Below are positions 1 through 10,359 of a stretch of 64,000 bases of DNA, piece after piece. Source of the DNA: Bacteroidales bacterium Bact_19 (GTDB taxonomy: Bacteria; Bacteroidota; Bacteroidia; Bacteroidales; ML635J-15); NCBI GenBank assembly GCA_001603595.1, contig LUZK01000002.1:2884-66883 (forward strand), given 5' to 3'. Below the pieces are notes generated by a model. It was not told the origin of the DNA and made no database searches. It saw only the letters and a program-made list of their open reading frames with translations. A program made the translations under genes and the position numbers. How positions within the stretch are numbered: position 1 is the first letter of the stretch; each line of letters begins with the position of its first letter.

Positions 1-1130
1 TGAAAAATTCTATCTGCATACTCCGGATAAAGTTTTTCTAATATTTTTTTAAGTACTTTAAAATGATACTCTTGCTCGTTACCAACGACATAAATTATTA
101 AGTCGGGGTTAAATTCCTGAAATCTTTGTACTGCTGTTCCGAGATCTTGAGTCATATAAACCGTGGTACCGTCGCTGCGTAACAATAATTTTTTATCCAG
201 ACCTTCGTTGGATAAATCTATCCAAACAGAATTATCGGCTTCGCGATAAAAAATACCCTTTTCAAGACCTTTTTCAACTATTTCTTTGCCTAATAAATAT
301 GTTTGTGACTCGTAGTAAACTTTATCGAAAGTAATTCCCAAATCCGAATATGTTTTTGCAAATCCGGCATAAACCCACGAATTCATTATTTCCCAGATTT
401 TCATAATTTCGGGATCGTTACTTTCCCATTTTCGAAGCATTTCACGAGCCTCTTGCATTAGAGGGGCATTTTCCGCTTCTTCTTTTGTTAAACCTTGATC
501 AATTAATTCCTGAATTTGCTTTTTATATTCATTTTCGAAAAGCACATAAAAGTCTCCAACAAGTTTATCGCCTTTTTTGCCTGTATTTTCGGGATTTAGA
601 TCTTTTTTCCACTTTTGCCAGGCCAACATTGACTTACAAATGTGTATCCCCCTATCATTAATAAGATTAACTTTAATAACATTGTTTCCTGTTTCTGCAA
701 TTAATCTCGAGATGCTGTCTCCTAATAAATTGTTTCTGATATGACCAAGATGAAGCGGTTTATTTGTATTTGGAGATGAAAATTCTATCATTATGTTTTT
801 ACCGGAATTCTTGAAAAAAGAAAAATCGGTATAAATGAGATAATTTAGTTCATCAATCCAGTATTCTTGGGTCATCACAAGGTTCAAAAAACCTTTAATA
901 ACATTATATGAGGCAATTTCTGGCATTTTGGATCGTAAATATGCCCCGATTTCTTTGGCCGTTTGTTCTGGAGTTTTTTTACTGTATTTGAGGAAAGGAA
1001 AAACTACCAGAGTAAAATCTCCTTCAAAACCTTCACGGGTTTTTTCAATCTCTATATTCAAATCATCAGGATCAACATTGTAAAGTTTTTGAAGTACATC
1101 CTTTACGTGAACCTTAATACTCTTTTCCAT
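1..1130 (-). CDS. argS: arginine--tRNA ligase (N-terminal part; ORF runs off the left edge)
   Basis: Reverse-strand ORF starting at ATG 1130-1128. It is absent from the ORF track because it is open at the window edge. My translation reads MEKSIKVHVKDVLQKLY... and contains SSPNTNKPLHLGHIRN (class I HIGH signature in ArgRS context) and IIYVVGNEQEYHF. Confidence 0.85.
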   Translation of the reverse strand, partial: MEKSIKVHVKDVLQKLYNVDPDDLNIEIEKTREGFEGDFTLVVFPFLKYSKKTPEQTAKEIGAYLRSKMPEIASYNVIKGFLNLVMTQEYWIDELNYLIYTDFSFFKNSGKNIMIEFSSPNTNKPLHLGHIRNNLLGDSISRLIAETGNNVIKVNLINDRGIHICKSMLAWQKWKKDLNPENTGKKGDKLVGDFYVLFENEYKKQIQELIDQGLTKEEAENAPLMQEAREMLRKWESNDPEIMKIWEIMNSWVYAGFAKTYSDLGITFDKVYYESQTYLLGKEIVEKGLEKGIFYREADNSVWIDLSNEGLDKKLLLRSDGTTVYMTQDLGTAVQRFQEFNPDLIIYVVGNEQEYHFKVLKKILEKLYPEYADRIF

Positions 1131-1181
1131 ACAATTTATTTTCGTGTACAAAAATAAATACTAATAGTTTAAAAATTACCA

Positions 1182-1823
1182 TCATTTATCATTTTGTTGA
1201 TAAAATTCACAAAATTGTGAAATGCCGCAATTTAAACATTTAGGATTTCGGGCAGTGCAAATATATCTTCCATGAAGAATTAACCAGTGATGGGCTTTAG
1301 GAATATCTTGTTTCGGAATAAATTTAACTAGTTGCTTTTCAACTTGAAGAGGTGTTTTTGCATTGGTTGTTAGCCCAATTCGATTTGCCACTCGGAAAAC
1401 ATGTGTGTCAACGGGCATTTTAGGTTCATTAAATAAAACTGCCTGAATAACATGGGCTGTTTTTCTTCCCACTCCCGGTAATTTTCTTAATTCGTCATAA
1501 TCGTTGGGGACAAATCCATTATATTTTTCATAAATAAGTCTGGATGTTTCGGCAAGGTATTTTGCTTTGTTGTTAGGATATGAGCAAGATTTTATTATCT
1601 CAAAAATTTCTTCCGCACTTGCCAAACTCATTGATTTTGCATCAGGATAATTTCTGAATAGTTCTCGGGTAATTTGATTTACTCTTTTGTCGGTACATTG
1701 AGCTGATAAAATTACAGCAACAAGCAGTTGAAACGGATTTTCAAACATCAATTCTGTTTCAGCCATAAAGATATTTTTGCTAAACCAATCTAATACTTTT
1801 CTATATCTTTCTTTTTTTTCCAT
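1182..1823 (-). CDS. nth: endonuclease III (HhH-GPD DNA glycosylase/AP lyase)
   Basis: Has the HhH motif LPGVGRKTAHV and the C-terminal 4Fe-4S cluster loop CTARNPKCLNCGISQFC. Length is 213 aa. Confidence 0.9.
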   Translation of the reverse strand: MEKKERYRKVLDWFSKNIFMAETELMFENPFQLLVAVILSAQCTDKRVNQITRELFRNYPDAKSMSLASAEEIFEIIKSCSYPNNKAKYLAETSRLIYEKYNGFVPNDYDELRKLPGVGRKTAHVIQAVLFNEPKMPVDTHVFRVANRIGLTTNAKTPLQVEKQLVKFIPKQDIPKAHHWLILHGRYICTARNPKCLNCGISQFCEFYQQNDK

Positions 1824-1831
1824 AATAAAAA

Positions 1832-1857
1832 GAAAAACCGGAAAAATTCCGGCTTTT
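1832..1857 (-). terminator. putative intrinsic terminator downstream of trxB
   Basis: Hairpin GCCGGAATTTTTCCGGT followed by a T-run on the minus strand, immediately after the trxB stop. Confidence 0.5.
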
Positions 1858-1858
1858 G

Positions 1859-2791
1859 TTATTCTTTTTCAGCTAGAAATGTTTCTGCGTCTTTTGCTGC
1901 CATGCAACCTGAACCTGCAGCAGTTACTCCTTGTCTATATTTTGGATCCTGAACATCACCTGCAGCAAATACTCCCGGTATGTTAGTTTTTGTGCTTCCT
2001 TTTTCGGTAATTATATATCCATTTTTGTCTGTTTGCAGATATTCTTTGAAAATATCAGTGTTTGGAGTATGTCCGATAGCAAGGAAAAATCCATGAATAT
2101 TGATTATTTTTTCTTCGTTGGTTTTATTGTTTATAAGTCTTGCTCCTGTAACTCCACTTTTATCTCCGAGTATTTCAACTGTATTGTGATTCCAGAGAAT
2201 TTCTATTTTGGGATTGGTTAATACTCTTTTTTGCATTACTTTAGATGCTCTCAATTCATCTCGACGAACGATCATGTAAACTTTTTTACACAATCCGGCC
2301 AAGTATGAAGCTTCTTCGCAAGCAGTATCTCCACCACCAACAACTGCAACATCTTTATCACGATAGAAAAATCCGTCACAAGTAGCACATGCCGAAACTC
2401 CTAATCCTCTGTATTTTTCTTCGGATTCGAGTCCTAAATATTTAGCTGTAGCTCCTGTTGCAATAATAACAGATTCTGCTTCGATTTCGTGTGTGTGATC
2501 TGCTGTTACTTTTAAAGGATATCCGGAAAAATCAACTTTGGTAATGTATCCAAAACGAACATCAGTGCCAAATCTTTGAGCTTGAGCTTTCATTCTGTCC
2601 ATCAATTCAGGGCCGGTAATTCCTTCGGGAAACCCCGGAAAGTTCTCAATTTCAGTTGTTGTTGTAAGTTGTCCGCCAGGTTGTAATCCTTCGTAAACAA
2701 CAGGATTAAGATTAGCTCTTGCAGCATAAATGGCAGCTGTATATCCTGCGGGACCACTGCCAATAATCAAACATTTTACCTTTTCACTCAT
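1859..2791 (-). CDS. trxB: thioredoxin-disulfide reductase
   Basis: Has the FAD motif IIGSGPAGYTAAIYAARA, the redox-active CATCDG and the NADPH motif VVGGGDTACEEA. Length is 310 aa. Confidence 0.92.
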   Translation of the reverse strand: MSEKVKCLIIGSGPAGYTAAIYAARANLNPVVYEGLQPGGQLTTTTEIENFPGFPEGITGPELMDRMKAQAQRFGTDVRFGYITKVDFSGYPLKVTADHTHEIEAESVIIATGATAKYLGLESEEKYRGLGVSACATCDGFFYRDKDVAVVGGGDTACEEASYLAGLCKKVYMIVRRDELRASKVMQKRVLTNPKIEILWNHNTVEILGDKSGVTGARLINNKTNEEKIINIHGFFLAIGHTPNTDIFKEYLQTDKNGYIITEKGSTKTNIPGVFAAGDVQDPKYRQGVTAAGSGCMAAKDAETFLAEKE

Positions 2792-2804
2792 TTTTTATAT
2801 TAAT

Positions 2805-3248
2805 TTAAAAGTTTACTTTAATTTCTTTTCGCAAAGGAAAACATGATCCATCTTTTTTGTTGCATAATTGTCCATCAATTATTAGATTCAAAGAGCTAAT
2901 ATTTTCCTTTGGAATAAATTTACACTGGAATTCGGCTAAACCATGATAAGTACTTACTTCAACACCAAATACATCATCGAAAACTTTTTTGGGAACTGTA
3001 ATTTCTGAAAAATTGTATTCTATAAGGAAATTTTCGGCATTTTCAAAACTAAATTCCAATGGTAGAGGTCCTTCTTTAATATTCATTCCATACATGTAAT
3101 ATATATCTGGAATTTCGGCTTTTAAGTTCAGGATAAATGAACCGTCATCAGCTCTGTTAATTGAATAAAACCATTTAGTTTGTAATTCTTGCGAAAAAAT
3201 TTGCTGGCCAATAAGTAAGCTTAAAATAATAATAATATTCTTGAGCAT
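2805..3248 (-). CDS. secreted hypothetical protein, possibly DsbD N-terminal-like domain
   Basis: Has a signal peptide. The pattern ...YYMYGMNIKEGPLPLEFSF... resembles the thiol:disulfide interchange DsbD_N fold family. It sits next to trxB. The assignment is weak. Confidence 0.4.
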   Translation of the reverse strand: MLKNIIIILSLLIGQQIFSQELQTKWFYSINRADDGSFILNLKAEIPDIYYMYGMNIKEGPLPLEFSFENAENFLIEYNFSEITVPKKVFDDVFGVEVSTYHGLAEFQCKFIPKENISSLNLIIDGQLCNKKDGSCFPLRKEIKVNF

Positions 3249-3379
3249 AATTTAAAAATTTTGATTTAAACCGTAAATATATCAAAATGTTTGCCTAAAA
3301 ACAAAATAAATTTTTTAGTTTAAATAACATTAAGTATTTAAATATTCAAAATCAATGTACTGAAAGTCGAAATTATAAA

Positions 3380-4324
3380 TTACGGTAAAACTTCAATACT
3401 GTCTTTAGAAACAATATGAATTTTTGAAATGTATGACCCATAGCCAATCCAGTATCCATTAGCAGGGTCGCCCTGAATATTCGACTTTACTGATGCGGGA
3501 TTGGCAAAAGGATTTCCGGCAGTTATAAGATTTCTGTACCACGAACTCCAAAACTGAAATGACATTTTGTCCATTGTTGAAAGCTTAATAGAAATTGTAT
3601 CTCCGATTCTATATGCCAAAATGTCAACAAATTCAATGTTTTCAAGATTATCCATGAAGTCATTATAATATGCATTTCTTTCATATCCTTGTGAAATTGG
3701 CCCGTAAAACATTGTCGAATTATTGTCAATTTTATCGTCTAAAATATGAATCCCAAAAAACGGTCTGTAAAACCATTGATGACGCTTGTGATTTCGAACT
3801 GTTACGGAATAATAATTCCCAATTTCAATTGGGTCTTTCCAGAAAATATTAAAAAATCCCAGAGAATCATTAAAACTAAATTTATCAAATTTAATTGAAT
3901 CTATTGGGATTATTTTCGGTATTGAAGTTGTGGCAAAATATTCGTGATTATTCCAAAAAACTTTTAAATTATATATGCCGTTTTCCTGACCTTTAATTTT
4001 TGTACCTTTATATCCGTGATAAGGCCATCTTGGAAATATTGCAGGAATTAATGTGTCAATATTATTACCGTCATCTACAATTACTAAAGCTTGATTCCCT
4101 TTAATAATTGAATTTGCCACGGCAATAGTATCAACAGGATCGAAATAAGAAGCATTCTTAGTTATGAAAACAACAGCAAAACTATCCGGCTCAATAAAAG
4201 CTTCTACAGTAATTTTTTCATCGGCACGCGGCAAATCAACACTAATATCTTTTTCACATCCCCCAATCAATATCAGAAATGATATAATTAATGTTAACGT
4301 CGAAAAATTTAATAATCTTTTCAT
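3380..4324 (-). CDS. DUF4249-like lipoprotein, partner of the upstream TonB-dependent receptor
   Basis: Has the lipobox LIGGC. Its size and its position directly downstream of a CarboxypepD_reg-type TonB receptor are typical of DUF4249 in Bacteroidota. Confidence 0.6.
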   Translation of the reverse strand: MKRLLNFSTLTLIISFLILIGGCEKDISVDLPRADEKITVEAFIEPDSFAVVFITKNASYFDPVDTIAVANSIIKGNQALVIVDDGNNIDTLIPAIFPRWPYHGYKGTKIKGQENGIYNLKVFWNNHEYFATTSIPKIIPIDSIKFDKFSFNDSLGFFNIFWKDPIEIGNYYSVTVRNHKRHQWFYRPFFGIHILDDKIDNNSTMFYGPISQGYERNAYYNDFMDNLENIEFVDILAYRIGDTISIKLSTMDKMSFQFWSSWYRNLITAGNPFANPASVKSNIQGDPANGYWIGYGSYISKIHIVSKDSIEVLP

Positions 4325-4329
4325 GGTAT

Positions 4330-6705
4330 TTAAAATTTAAAATTCCAAGTTATTGCCGGTAAAATCGGGAATAAAGAAACTTGTTTTGCATAGTTTATAT
4401 ATGTTCCGTCTGTAACAGTTCCGGAACGGTAAAAGTAAATGAAGAAAGGATTTTTCCTGTTGTAAACATTGTAAACAGAAAAATTCCATGAAGATTCCCA
4501 CCTGTCTGTTTTTTTATTTATATAAGTTACTGATATATCAAGGCGATGATAAGGATCCATTCTGTAGGAGTTTCTGCGTCCATATTCGTTAATAATTTCC
4601 CCATCAATCATATATCTTCCTATAGGTAGGGTAGTTGTATTACCGGTGGCATAAACAAAAACCATAGAAGCTGACCATTTTTCATTTATTTGATAGGAAG
4701 ATGTTAAGGATAAATCATGTCTTCTGTCATATTTTGCTGGGAAAGGTTCACCGTTATCAACATCAGGGAAAGTTCTCTCAGTTTTTGACCATGTATATCC
4801 AATCCAACCTGTAAATCTTCCGGTACGTTTTTTAAGGAAAAACTCTAATCCATAAGAATATCCGTCGCCAAAAATAAAATAGTTATCGGCATTATCAGCG
4901 ACATCATCTCCCGGAAGGGCTCCATCAGCGTATTCAATTAAATTAAAAAGTTTTTTATAATATGCTTCAACAGAGGTTTCATAATGATCTTTAAAAAAAT
5001 TTCTGAAATATCCCACAGCATATTGTCTCCCCATTTGCGGTTTAACAACATCACTACACGGAACCCATAAATCTGTAGGTAGAGTTGATGCGGATAATGA
5101 AGCTAAATGAATGAATTGTTTGTTTTGCATAAAGCTGGCTTTAATGCTTGAATTTTGATCCAAGCTAATTTTCATAGATGCACGAGGCTCTAGTGACCAG
5201 TAAAATGCAACAGACTCACTTTTACCATATACAATTGTATCAATATTAGTTAAAAGAAATTCGTCTTTTACATATCTGGTGAATGGCCCAATTTGATTAA
5301 AAGTTGCAGCACGAATTCCACCGTACAGGGTAATTTTTTTGTTAATTTTAAAATCATCTCCTATATAAATAGCGGTTTCATGAGCATACTGTTTTGCTTT
5401 TGTATTTAAATCATAAACAATGTCGTTAAATTTAGCACTTACTGAATTAGGAGTAAAAATGTGAAAAATATATGATCCTCCAAATTTAATGGTGTGTTTT
5501 GGATTGGGAATAAAGGTAAAATCTTGTTTTAGATAATAGTCGCGTATTCCTGAATTTTGTATGAATTGGAAGCCACCGTTTTGGTCGTTCTCATCAGCCA
5601 TTTTAACATTGGTTCGAAATTTGTAATCAGAGGCAACTAAAGTAGTGTTAGAGAAAAATCGTGAACTATAGAGGTGATTCCATCTGAGGCTTAACATTCC
5701 GTTTCCCCATGGGATATTCATATCAAAACCTGCTTCCTTGCTTTTAAAAGAAAAAACATCTTCGCCATAATACGCACTCAGAAAAAGACGATTTTTGTCT
5801 GAAAATCTATAATTCAGTTTTAAGTTTAAATCGTAAAAGTGATATCCGGATCCTTTGAACCTTGAAGAATCACTAATAAAAGGATTAATAAGTAAGTCCA
5901 GATAAGTTCGTCTTGCAGAAACAAGGAAAGAAGCTGTATCTTTTTTAATAGGTCCCTGTACAGTTAATCTTGTTGCAATAGTGCCTATGCCTCCTTCAAA
6001 CTCATAGTTTTTCATATTCCCGTTTTTCATGGAAATGTCAAGAACTGAACTAATCCGACCTCCATACTCTGCCGGCATTCCGCCTTTGTAAATTTCCATA
6101 TCTTTTATGGCATCGGCATTAAAAACCGAGAAAAAGCCAAATAAATGCGCTGCATTATAAATAGTTGCTTCATCAAGAATAATAAGATTTTGATCAGGAC
6201 CTCCACCACGTACATAAAAACCTGAGTTTCCTTCACCTGCAGCTTGAATTCCGGGTAAAAGCTGAATGGTCTTCATTATATCCACTTCTCCCATAAAAGC
6301 AGGTAGAGCTTTAATTGTTTCTACAGGCAATTTAATTACAGACATTTTACTACTTTCGATATTTTGTTTTTTTTCACCGGTAACAACAACTTCAGTTGTT
6401 ATAATTGCAGTACTTTCAAGAGAAATATTTAAATTTTGATTTGAGCTTAAGTCTATATTTACTTCTTCTTCCTTATAACCAAGAAATGAAAAAACAATAC
6501 TATATTTCCCCTTTGGTAAAGATAAAGAATAAAATCCATAAGCATTAGTCGTTGTGCCTGTATTTAAATTCTTTACGAAAATATTAGCACCAATAATTTC
6601 TTCTCCTGATTTTTTATCTTTAATATAGCCGCTAATCGTGTACTTTTGATTAAAGGCGGAAATTGTTAATAAAGTATATATAGTTAAGAACAAAAATTTT
6701 TTCAT
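4330..6705 (-). CDS. TonB-dependent receptor (CarboxypepD_reg N-terminal domain, plug, beta-barrel)
   Basis: Has a signal peptide, the CarboxypepD_reg-like segment ISGYIKDKKSGEEIIGANIFV...TNAYGFYSL, and the plug region ...LPGIQAAGEGNSGFYVRGGGPDQNLILDEA. It ends in the aromatic terminal ...WNFKF. Confidence 0.85.
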   Translation of the reverse strand: MKKFLFLTIYTLLTISAFNQKYTISGYIKDKKSGEEIIGANIFVKNLNTGTTTNAYGFYSLSLPKGKYSIVFSFLGYKEEEVNIDLSSNQNLNISLESTAIITTEVVVTGEKKQNIESSKMSVIKLPVETIKALPAFMGEVDIMKTIQLLPGIQAAGEGNSGFYVRGGGPDQNLIILDEATIYNAAHLFGFFSVFNADAIKDMEIYKGGMPAEYGGRISSVLDISMKNGNMKNYEFEGGIGTIATRLTVQGPIKKDTASFLVSARRTYLDLLINPFISDSSRFKGSGYHFYDLNLKLNYRFSDKNRLFLSAYYGEDVFSFKSKEAGFDMNIPWGNGMLSLRWNHLYSSRFFSNTTLVASDYKFRTNVKMADENDQNGGFQFIQNSGIRDYYLKQDFTFIPNPKHTIKFGGSYIFHIFTPNSVSAKFNDIVYDLNTKAKQYAHETAIYIGDDFKINKKITLYGGIRAATFNQIGPFTRYVKDEFLLTNIDTIVYGKSESVAFYWSLEPRASMKISLDQNSSIKASFMQNKQFIHLASLSASTLPTDLWVPCSDVVKPQMGRQYAVGYFRNFFKDHYETSVEAYYKKLFNLIEYADGALPGDDVADNADNYFIFGDGYSYGLEFFLKKRTGRFTGWIGYTWSKTERTFPDVDNGEPFPAKYDRRHDLSLTSSYQINEKWSASMVFVYATGNTTTLPIGRYMIDGEIINEYGRRNSYRMDPYHRLDISVTYINKKTDRWESSWNFSVYNVYNRKNPFFIYFYRSGTVTDGTYINYAKQVSLFPILPAITWNFKF

Positions 6706-6853
6706 ATCGCTAATTTTTTTACAAAATTATTTTTAATAAATTTTCAAAACTATGAAACTATATTAAATAAAAGTTAAAAAAATCGGTCAACTAACATATT
6801 TTTTAGGTTAATTTTTTTGTTGTTCAAAAAAATATTAATTTTGCAAGCGAATT

Positions 6854-6927
6854 CGGGGTGTAGCTCAGTTGGTTAGAGTACGCGTCTGGGGGGCGCGGGG
6901 TCGGTAGTTCGAGTCTACTCACCCCGA
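6854..6927 (+). tRNA. tRNA-Pro (anticodon GGG)
   Basis: Manual cloverleaf fold. Acceptor is CGGGGTG/CACCCCG, D arm GCTC..GAGT, anticodon stem CGCGT/GCGCG with loop CTGGGGG, and T arm GGTAG-TTCGAGT-CTACT. Confidence 0.85.
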
Positions 6928-6928
6928 C

Positions 6929-6957
6929 AAAAAAACCGCTTATAAGCGGTTTTTTTT
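6929..6957. terminator. bidirectional intrinsic terminator between tRNA-Pro and ohr
   Basis: A-run, ACCGCT-TATA-AGCGGT, then T-run. The structure is flanked by convergent genes. Confidence 0.6.
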
Positions 6958-7372
6958 ATAATACATTTAATTTAACATCAATGTTGTTACGCGTAGCCTT
7001 CGAGTATGGGCACACCTGATGCGCCTTCTGAGCTAATTCTTCAGCAACAGATTTATCAACCCCTTTAACCTCGATATCGAGAACAACTGATAATCCTAAC
7101 CCACCATCAGCGTCTCTGCCAATAGCTACATTAGCAGTTACTTTAGTTCCTTCATGTTTTATTTTTTTCATTTTTGAGACGAGGTTTAAAGCTCCATCAT
7201 AGCAAGCCGAATAAGCTGCTGCAAAAAGTTGTTCAGGATTAGTATAGTTGCCTCCATCTCCACCAAGACCTTTAGGCATTCTAACATCCATATCAATAAC
7301 ACCATCATCACTTTTTACGTGGCCGTTTCTACCACCTTCTACACTAACTTTAGCTACATATAAGATATCCAT
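6956..7372 (-). CDS. ohr: organic hydroperoxide resistance protein (OsmC/Ohr family)
   Basis: 138 aa. Contains ...NPEQLFAAAYSACY... and ...AHQVCPYSKATRNN..., the two conserved Ohr cysteines in context. Confidence 0.85.
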   Translation of the reverse strand: MDILYVAKVSVEGGRNGHVKSDDGVIDMDVRMPKGLGGDGGNYTNPEQLFAAAYSACYDGALNLVSKMKKIKHEGTKVTANVAIGRDADGGLGLSVVLDIEVKGVDKSVAEELAQKAHQVCPYSKATRNNIDVKLNVL

Positions 7373-7527
7373 AAAAAATAAATTTTAGTTTAATGATATT
7401 AACATAAAAGTAATGCAAATGTTTAGGATGAGGGATAAAAAATTAAACAAAATTTTGATAAAAAAATTTTATTTATATGATACAAAAACGTGTGGAAAAT
7501 TTTATCTTTGCTTAAAAGTTTAATTTT

Positions 7528-8532
7528 ATGAAAAACGCGAATATCAAATCTGATTTTGATCCAATACTGGTTGAATTTTACAATTCTACAATTAAAGTAA
7601 ACACTTGTCCTTATTGCAATAGCAGTAGTTTTTACAGGCACGGAAAATATAAATTTACATATCGTTATAAATGCAGGGAATGTAAAAAAACTTTTATCCC
7701 AAGCACAGGGACTTCTATTCACTACCTAAAAAAGAAAAAGGTTTTTTTAGACTATGCTGAGATTTTAAAAGCTGATGGAATACTAACTTTACGAAAAATG
7801 TGTAAAAGGGTTGGTATTGCACCGCTTACGGCGTTTGATTGGCGGCATAAAATTTTAGCATCCGTTTCATATAATGATAAAAGTTTAGGGGAAGAAGCCT
7901 TATGTAAAGATGTTTGGATTTTATACAGTTTAAAGGGAAGAAAGGGAGTAAGATTTGATAATAAAATGTTTATAAAAAATCTAAAAGATCTGGATAAGAA
8001 AACATCTAAATTAGTTGCTGCAGACGGAAATTCCGGATATTCCATAAAATTGTCAAAGGTTGGAAGTCTTGAAGTTAGTGATATTAAAAGAGTTTTAGAA
8101 ATGAAAATTAAAGGAACCAGAAGGATAATTACTACCGAAAACAATATCTTTAATGATTTTGCTCAAAACTTAAAAATTGAACACAAAAAAATAAAATCAG
8201 AATTTATAAAACCTAAGGAATTAAGGCTGAGAAATTTTTTTAGTTTTAATGAAGATTTCAGGCATTGGATTAATAATTCTTTAAGAGGTGTTGCTACGAA
8301 ATACATTCAGCTTTATGCAAATTTTTATTCTTATTGTCGAAAAAAAATCTTTGATCCATTGAGTAGGAGTGTATTTATGAAAAAATATGTTTGGAGAATT
8401 TTTACAAGTATGGAAAATATTTATAAATCCTTTTTAACAAATTATTCAGAAATAGCATATACCGCTCCGATAAAAAGGTATTGGAAGACTTCTGGTATAT
8501 ATTTTATTGAATCAGATAAGGTGCCTTATTAA
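7528..8532 (+). CDS. IS1595-like transposase-related protein (zinc-ribbon N-terminus; catalytic DDE not evident)
   Basis: The N-terminus CPYCNSSSFYRHGKYKFTYRYKCRECKKTFIPSTGTSIH matches the transposase zinc-ribbon architecture of IS1595/ISXO2-type proteins. I could not find flanking inverted repeats or a clear DDE triad. Confidence 0.4.
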   Translation: MKNANIKSDFDPILVEFYNSTIKVNTCPYCNSSSFYRHGKYKFTYRYKCRECKKTFIPSTGTSIHYLKKKKVFLDYAEILKADGILTLRKMCKRVGIAPLTAFDWRHKILASVSYNDKSLGEEALCKDVWILYSLKGRKGVRFDNKMFIKNLKDLDKKTSKLVAADGNSGYSIKLSKVGSLEVSDIKRVLEMKIKGTRRIITTENNIFNDFAQNLKIEHKKIKSEFIKPKELRLRNFFSFNEDFRHWINNSLRGVATKYIQLYANFYSYCRKKIFDPLSRSVFMKKYVWRIFTSMENIYKSFLTNYSEIAYTAPIKRYWKTSGIYFIESDKVPY

Positions 8533-8586
8533 ATTAAAGTATCAAAATGTTGTTAAATTTTATATTTTTGCGAAAATTTAAGTATT

Positions 8587-9153
8587 ATGGAATTTGATGT
8601 TTTTTCTTATGTAGTGTTGCCATTATTGATATTTGTAGCTAGAATATTTGATGTTACAATAGGTACAATCAGAATTATTGTTGTGGCAAAGGGGAATAAG
8701 TTACTTGCTCCAATATTGGGATTTATTGAAGTATTAATCTGGATCGTAGTAATTGGGCAAATAATGGGAAATCTTAGTAACTGGGTATGTTATGTGTTTT
8801 ATGCAGCAGGATTTGCAACCGGAAATTATATAGGTATGGTTATAGAGGAAAGAATTGCATTGGGAATAGTAGGATTAAGGCTGGTTACCGCAAAACCTGC
8901 TACTGAATTAATGAAAAGATTGGAAGAGGAAGGCTATGGATTAACTTATATGGATGCTCATGGCATGAGAGGTCCTGTGCATGTTTTATATATAACATTA
9001 AGTAGAAAAAGACTGAATGATCTAGTAAAATTGATAAATCAGTATAATCCCGGAGCATTCTATACAATAGAAGATATAAGAATGGTCAACAAAGGAGTAT
9101 TTGCCCAATCCAATAAAGACAAAATGGGAATATTTCGCAGAAAGGGAAAATAG
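8587..9153 (+). CDS. UPF0316/DUF2179 family membrane protein
   Basis: The N-terminal TM helices with ...ARIFDVTIGTIRIIVVAKGNK... and the soluble C-terminal domain are typical of the family. Confidence 0.55.
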   Translation: MEFDVFSYVVLPLLIFVARIFDVTIGTIRIIVVAKGNKLLAPILGFIEVLIWIVVIGQIMGNLSNWVCYVFYAAGFATGNYIGMVIEERIALGIVGLRLVTAKPATELMKRLEEEGYGLTYMDAHGMRGPVHVLYITLSRKRLNDLVKLINQYNPGAFYTIEDIRMVNKGVFAQSNKDKMGIFRRKGK

Positions 9154-9156
9154 AAT

Positions 9157-10359
9157 ATGATTTTTAGAGAACTTTTCTCAGATAATAAGATTTTAGAAGC
9201 TATTGAATCATTTGGTTATGAAGAGTTAACCGAAATTCAGGAAAAAGTAATTCCCTCGATACTTGAAAGTAAAGACATACTTGCCTGTTCAAAGACAGGC
9301 AGTGGAAAAACTGCTGCTTATATATTACCAATAATTAAATCGCTTTCGGAGAATTTTACAGATGGAATTAGGGCAGTAATAATTTGTCCAACTCGAGAAA
9401 TTTGTCTTCAAATTGAAGAACAGATTGCAGGATTAGCTTATTATTATGAAAAAATATCTTATATATCCATCTATGGAGGAAATGATCAAGATAGTTTTGT
9501 AAAACAAAAAAATGCTTTAAGTAAAGGAGTTAATATAGTTGTTGCAACTCCCGGAAGATTGCTATCTCACATGGCACTTGGATACATAAATTATGAGAAA
9601 TTGCAGTTTTTAGTTTTGGATGAAGCTGATGAGATGCTCGACATGGGATTTTATGAAGATATAATGAAAGTTTTAACTTATCTTCCTTCGCGACAGACTT
9701 TATTGTTTTCGGCAACTATGCCACAAAAAATAAAAGTTCTTGCAGAAAAAATTCTGAAAGAGCCAATAATTATTGATTTAAATAAATCAAAACCAGCTGA
9801 TGAGATAAATCAATTGGCATATTTAGTATACCCTGACAACAAATTGAAGTTATTATTTTATGTTTTAAATAATTATCAATATAAAAGAGCTATTGTTTTT
9901 GCCTCAACAAAAACATCTGCCGGCAATATCTATAAAAAATTAAAAGAAAGTAAATATAATGTTATAGCTATAGATTCTTCCTATAACCAATTACAAAGAA
10001 TTGAGACAATTCGTAAGTTTAAAACTCGAGAAAACATAATTCTTGTTTCTACAAATTTATTATCACGAGGAGTTGATATAGAAGATGTTGAATTGATAAT
10101 TAATTATGAAATTCCGGAAAAAGTGGAAGATTATGTTCATAGAATAGGAAGAACTGCTCGAGCCGGTAAAACCGGATTGGCTATTAGTTTAATACAACCA
10201 TCAGAATTTTCTTATTTCCAACGTATTGAGAAATTTATGAACAAAACTGTCGAAAAATTCTCTTGCCCTGAAGAAATCGGTAATTCTCCGGTCTATGAAA
10301 TAGTTCGCAAATCCAAGCAGAATTATAAAAGAAGATCTTTTAAAAGAAAAAATCAATAA
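9157..10359 (+). CDS. DEAD-box ATP-dependent RNA helicase
   Basis: Has a Q-motif region, Walker A SKTGSGKTAAY, motif Ib PTRELC-like TREICLQ, DEAD (VLDEADEML), SAT, and HRIGRTARAG. Confidence 0.9.
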   Translation: MIFRELFSDNKILEAIESFGYEELTEIQEKVIPSILESKDILACSKTGSGKTAAYILPIIKSLSENFTDGIRAVIICPTREICLQIEEQIAGLAYYYEKISYISIYGGNDQDSFVKQKNALSKGVNIVVATPGRLLSHMALGYINYEKLQFLVLDEADEMLDMGFYEDIMKVLTYLPSRQTLLFSATMPQKIKVLAEKILKEPIIIDLNKSKPADEINQLAYLVYPDNKLKLLFYVLNNYQYKRAIVFASTKTSAGNIYKKLKESKYNVIAIDSSYNQLQRIETIRKFKTRENIILVSTNLLSRGVDIEDVELIINYEIPEKVEDYVHRIGRTARAGKTGLAISLIQPSEFSYFQRIEKFMNKTVEKFSCPEEIGNSPVYEIVRKSKQNYKRRSFKRKNQ

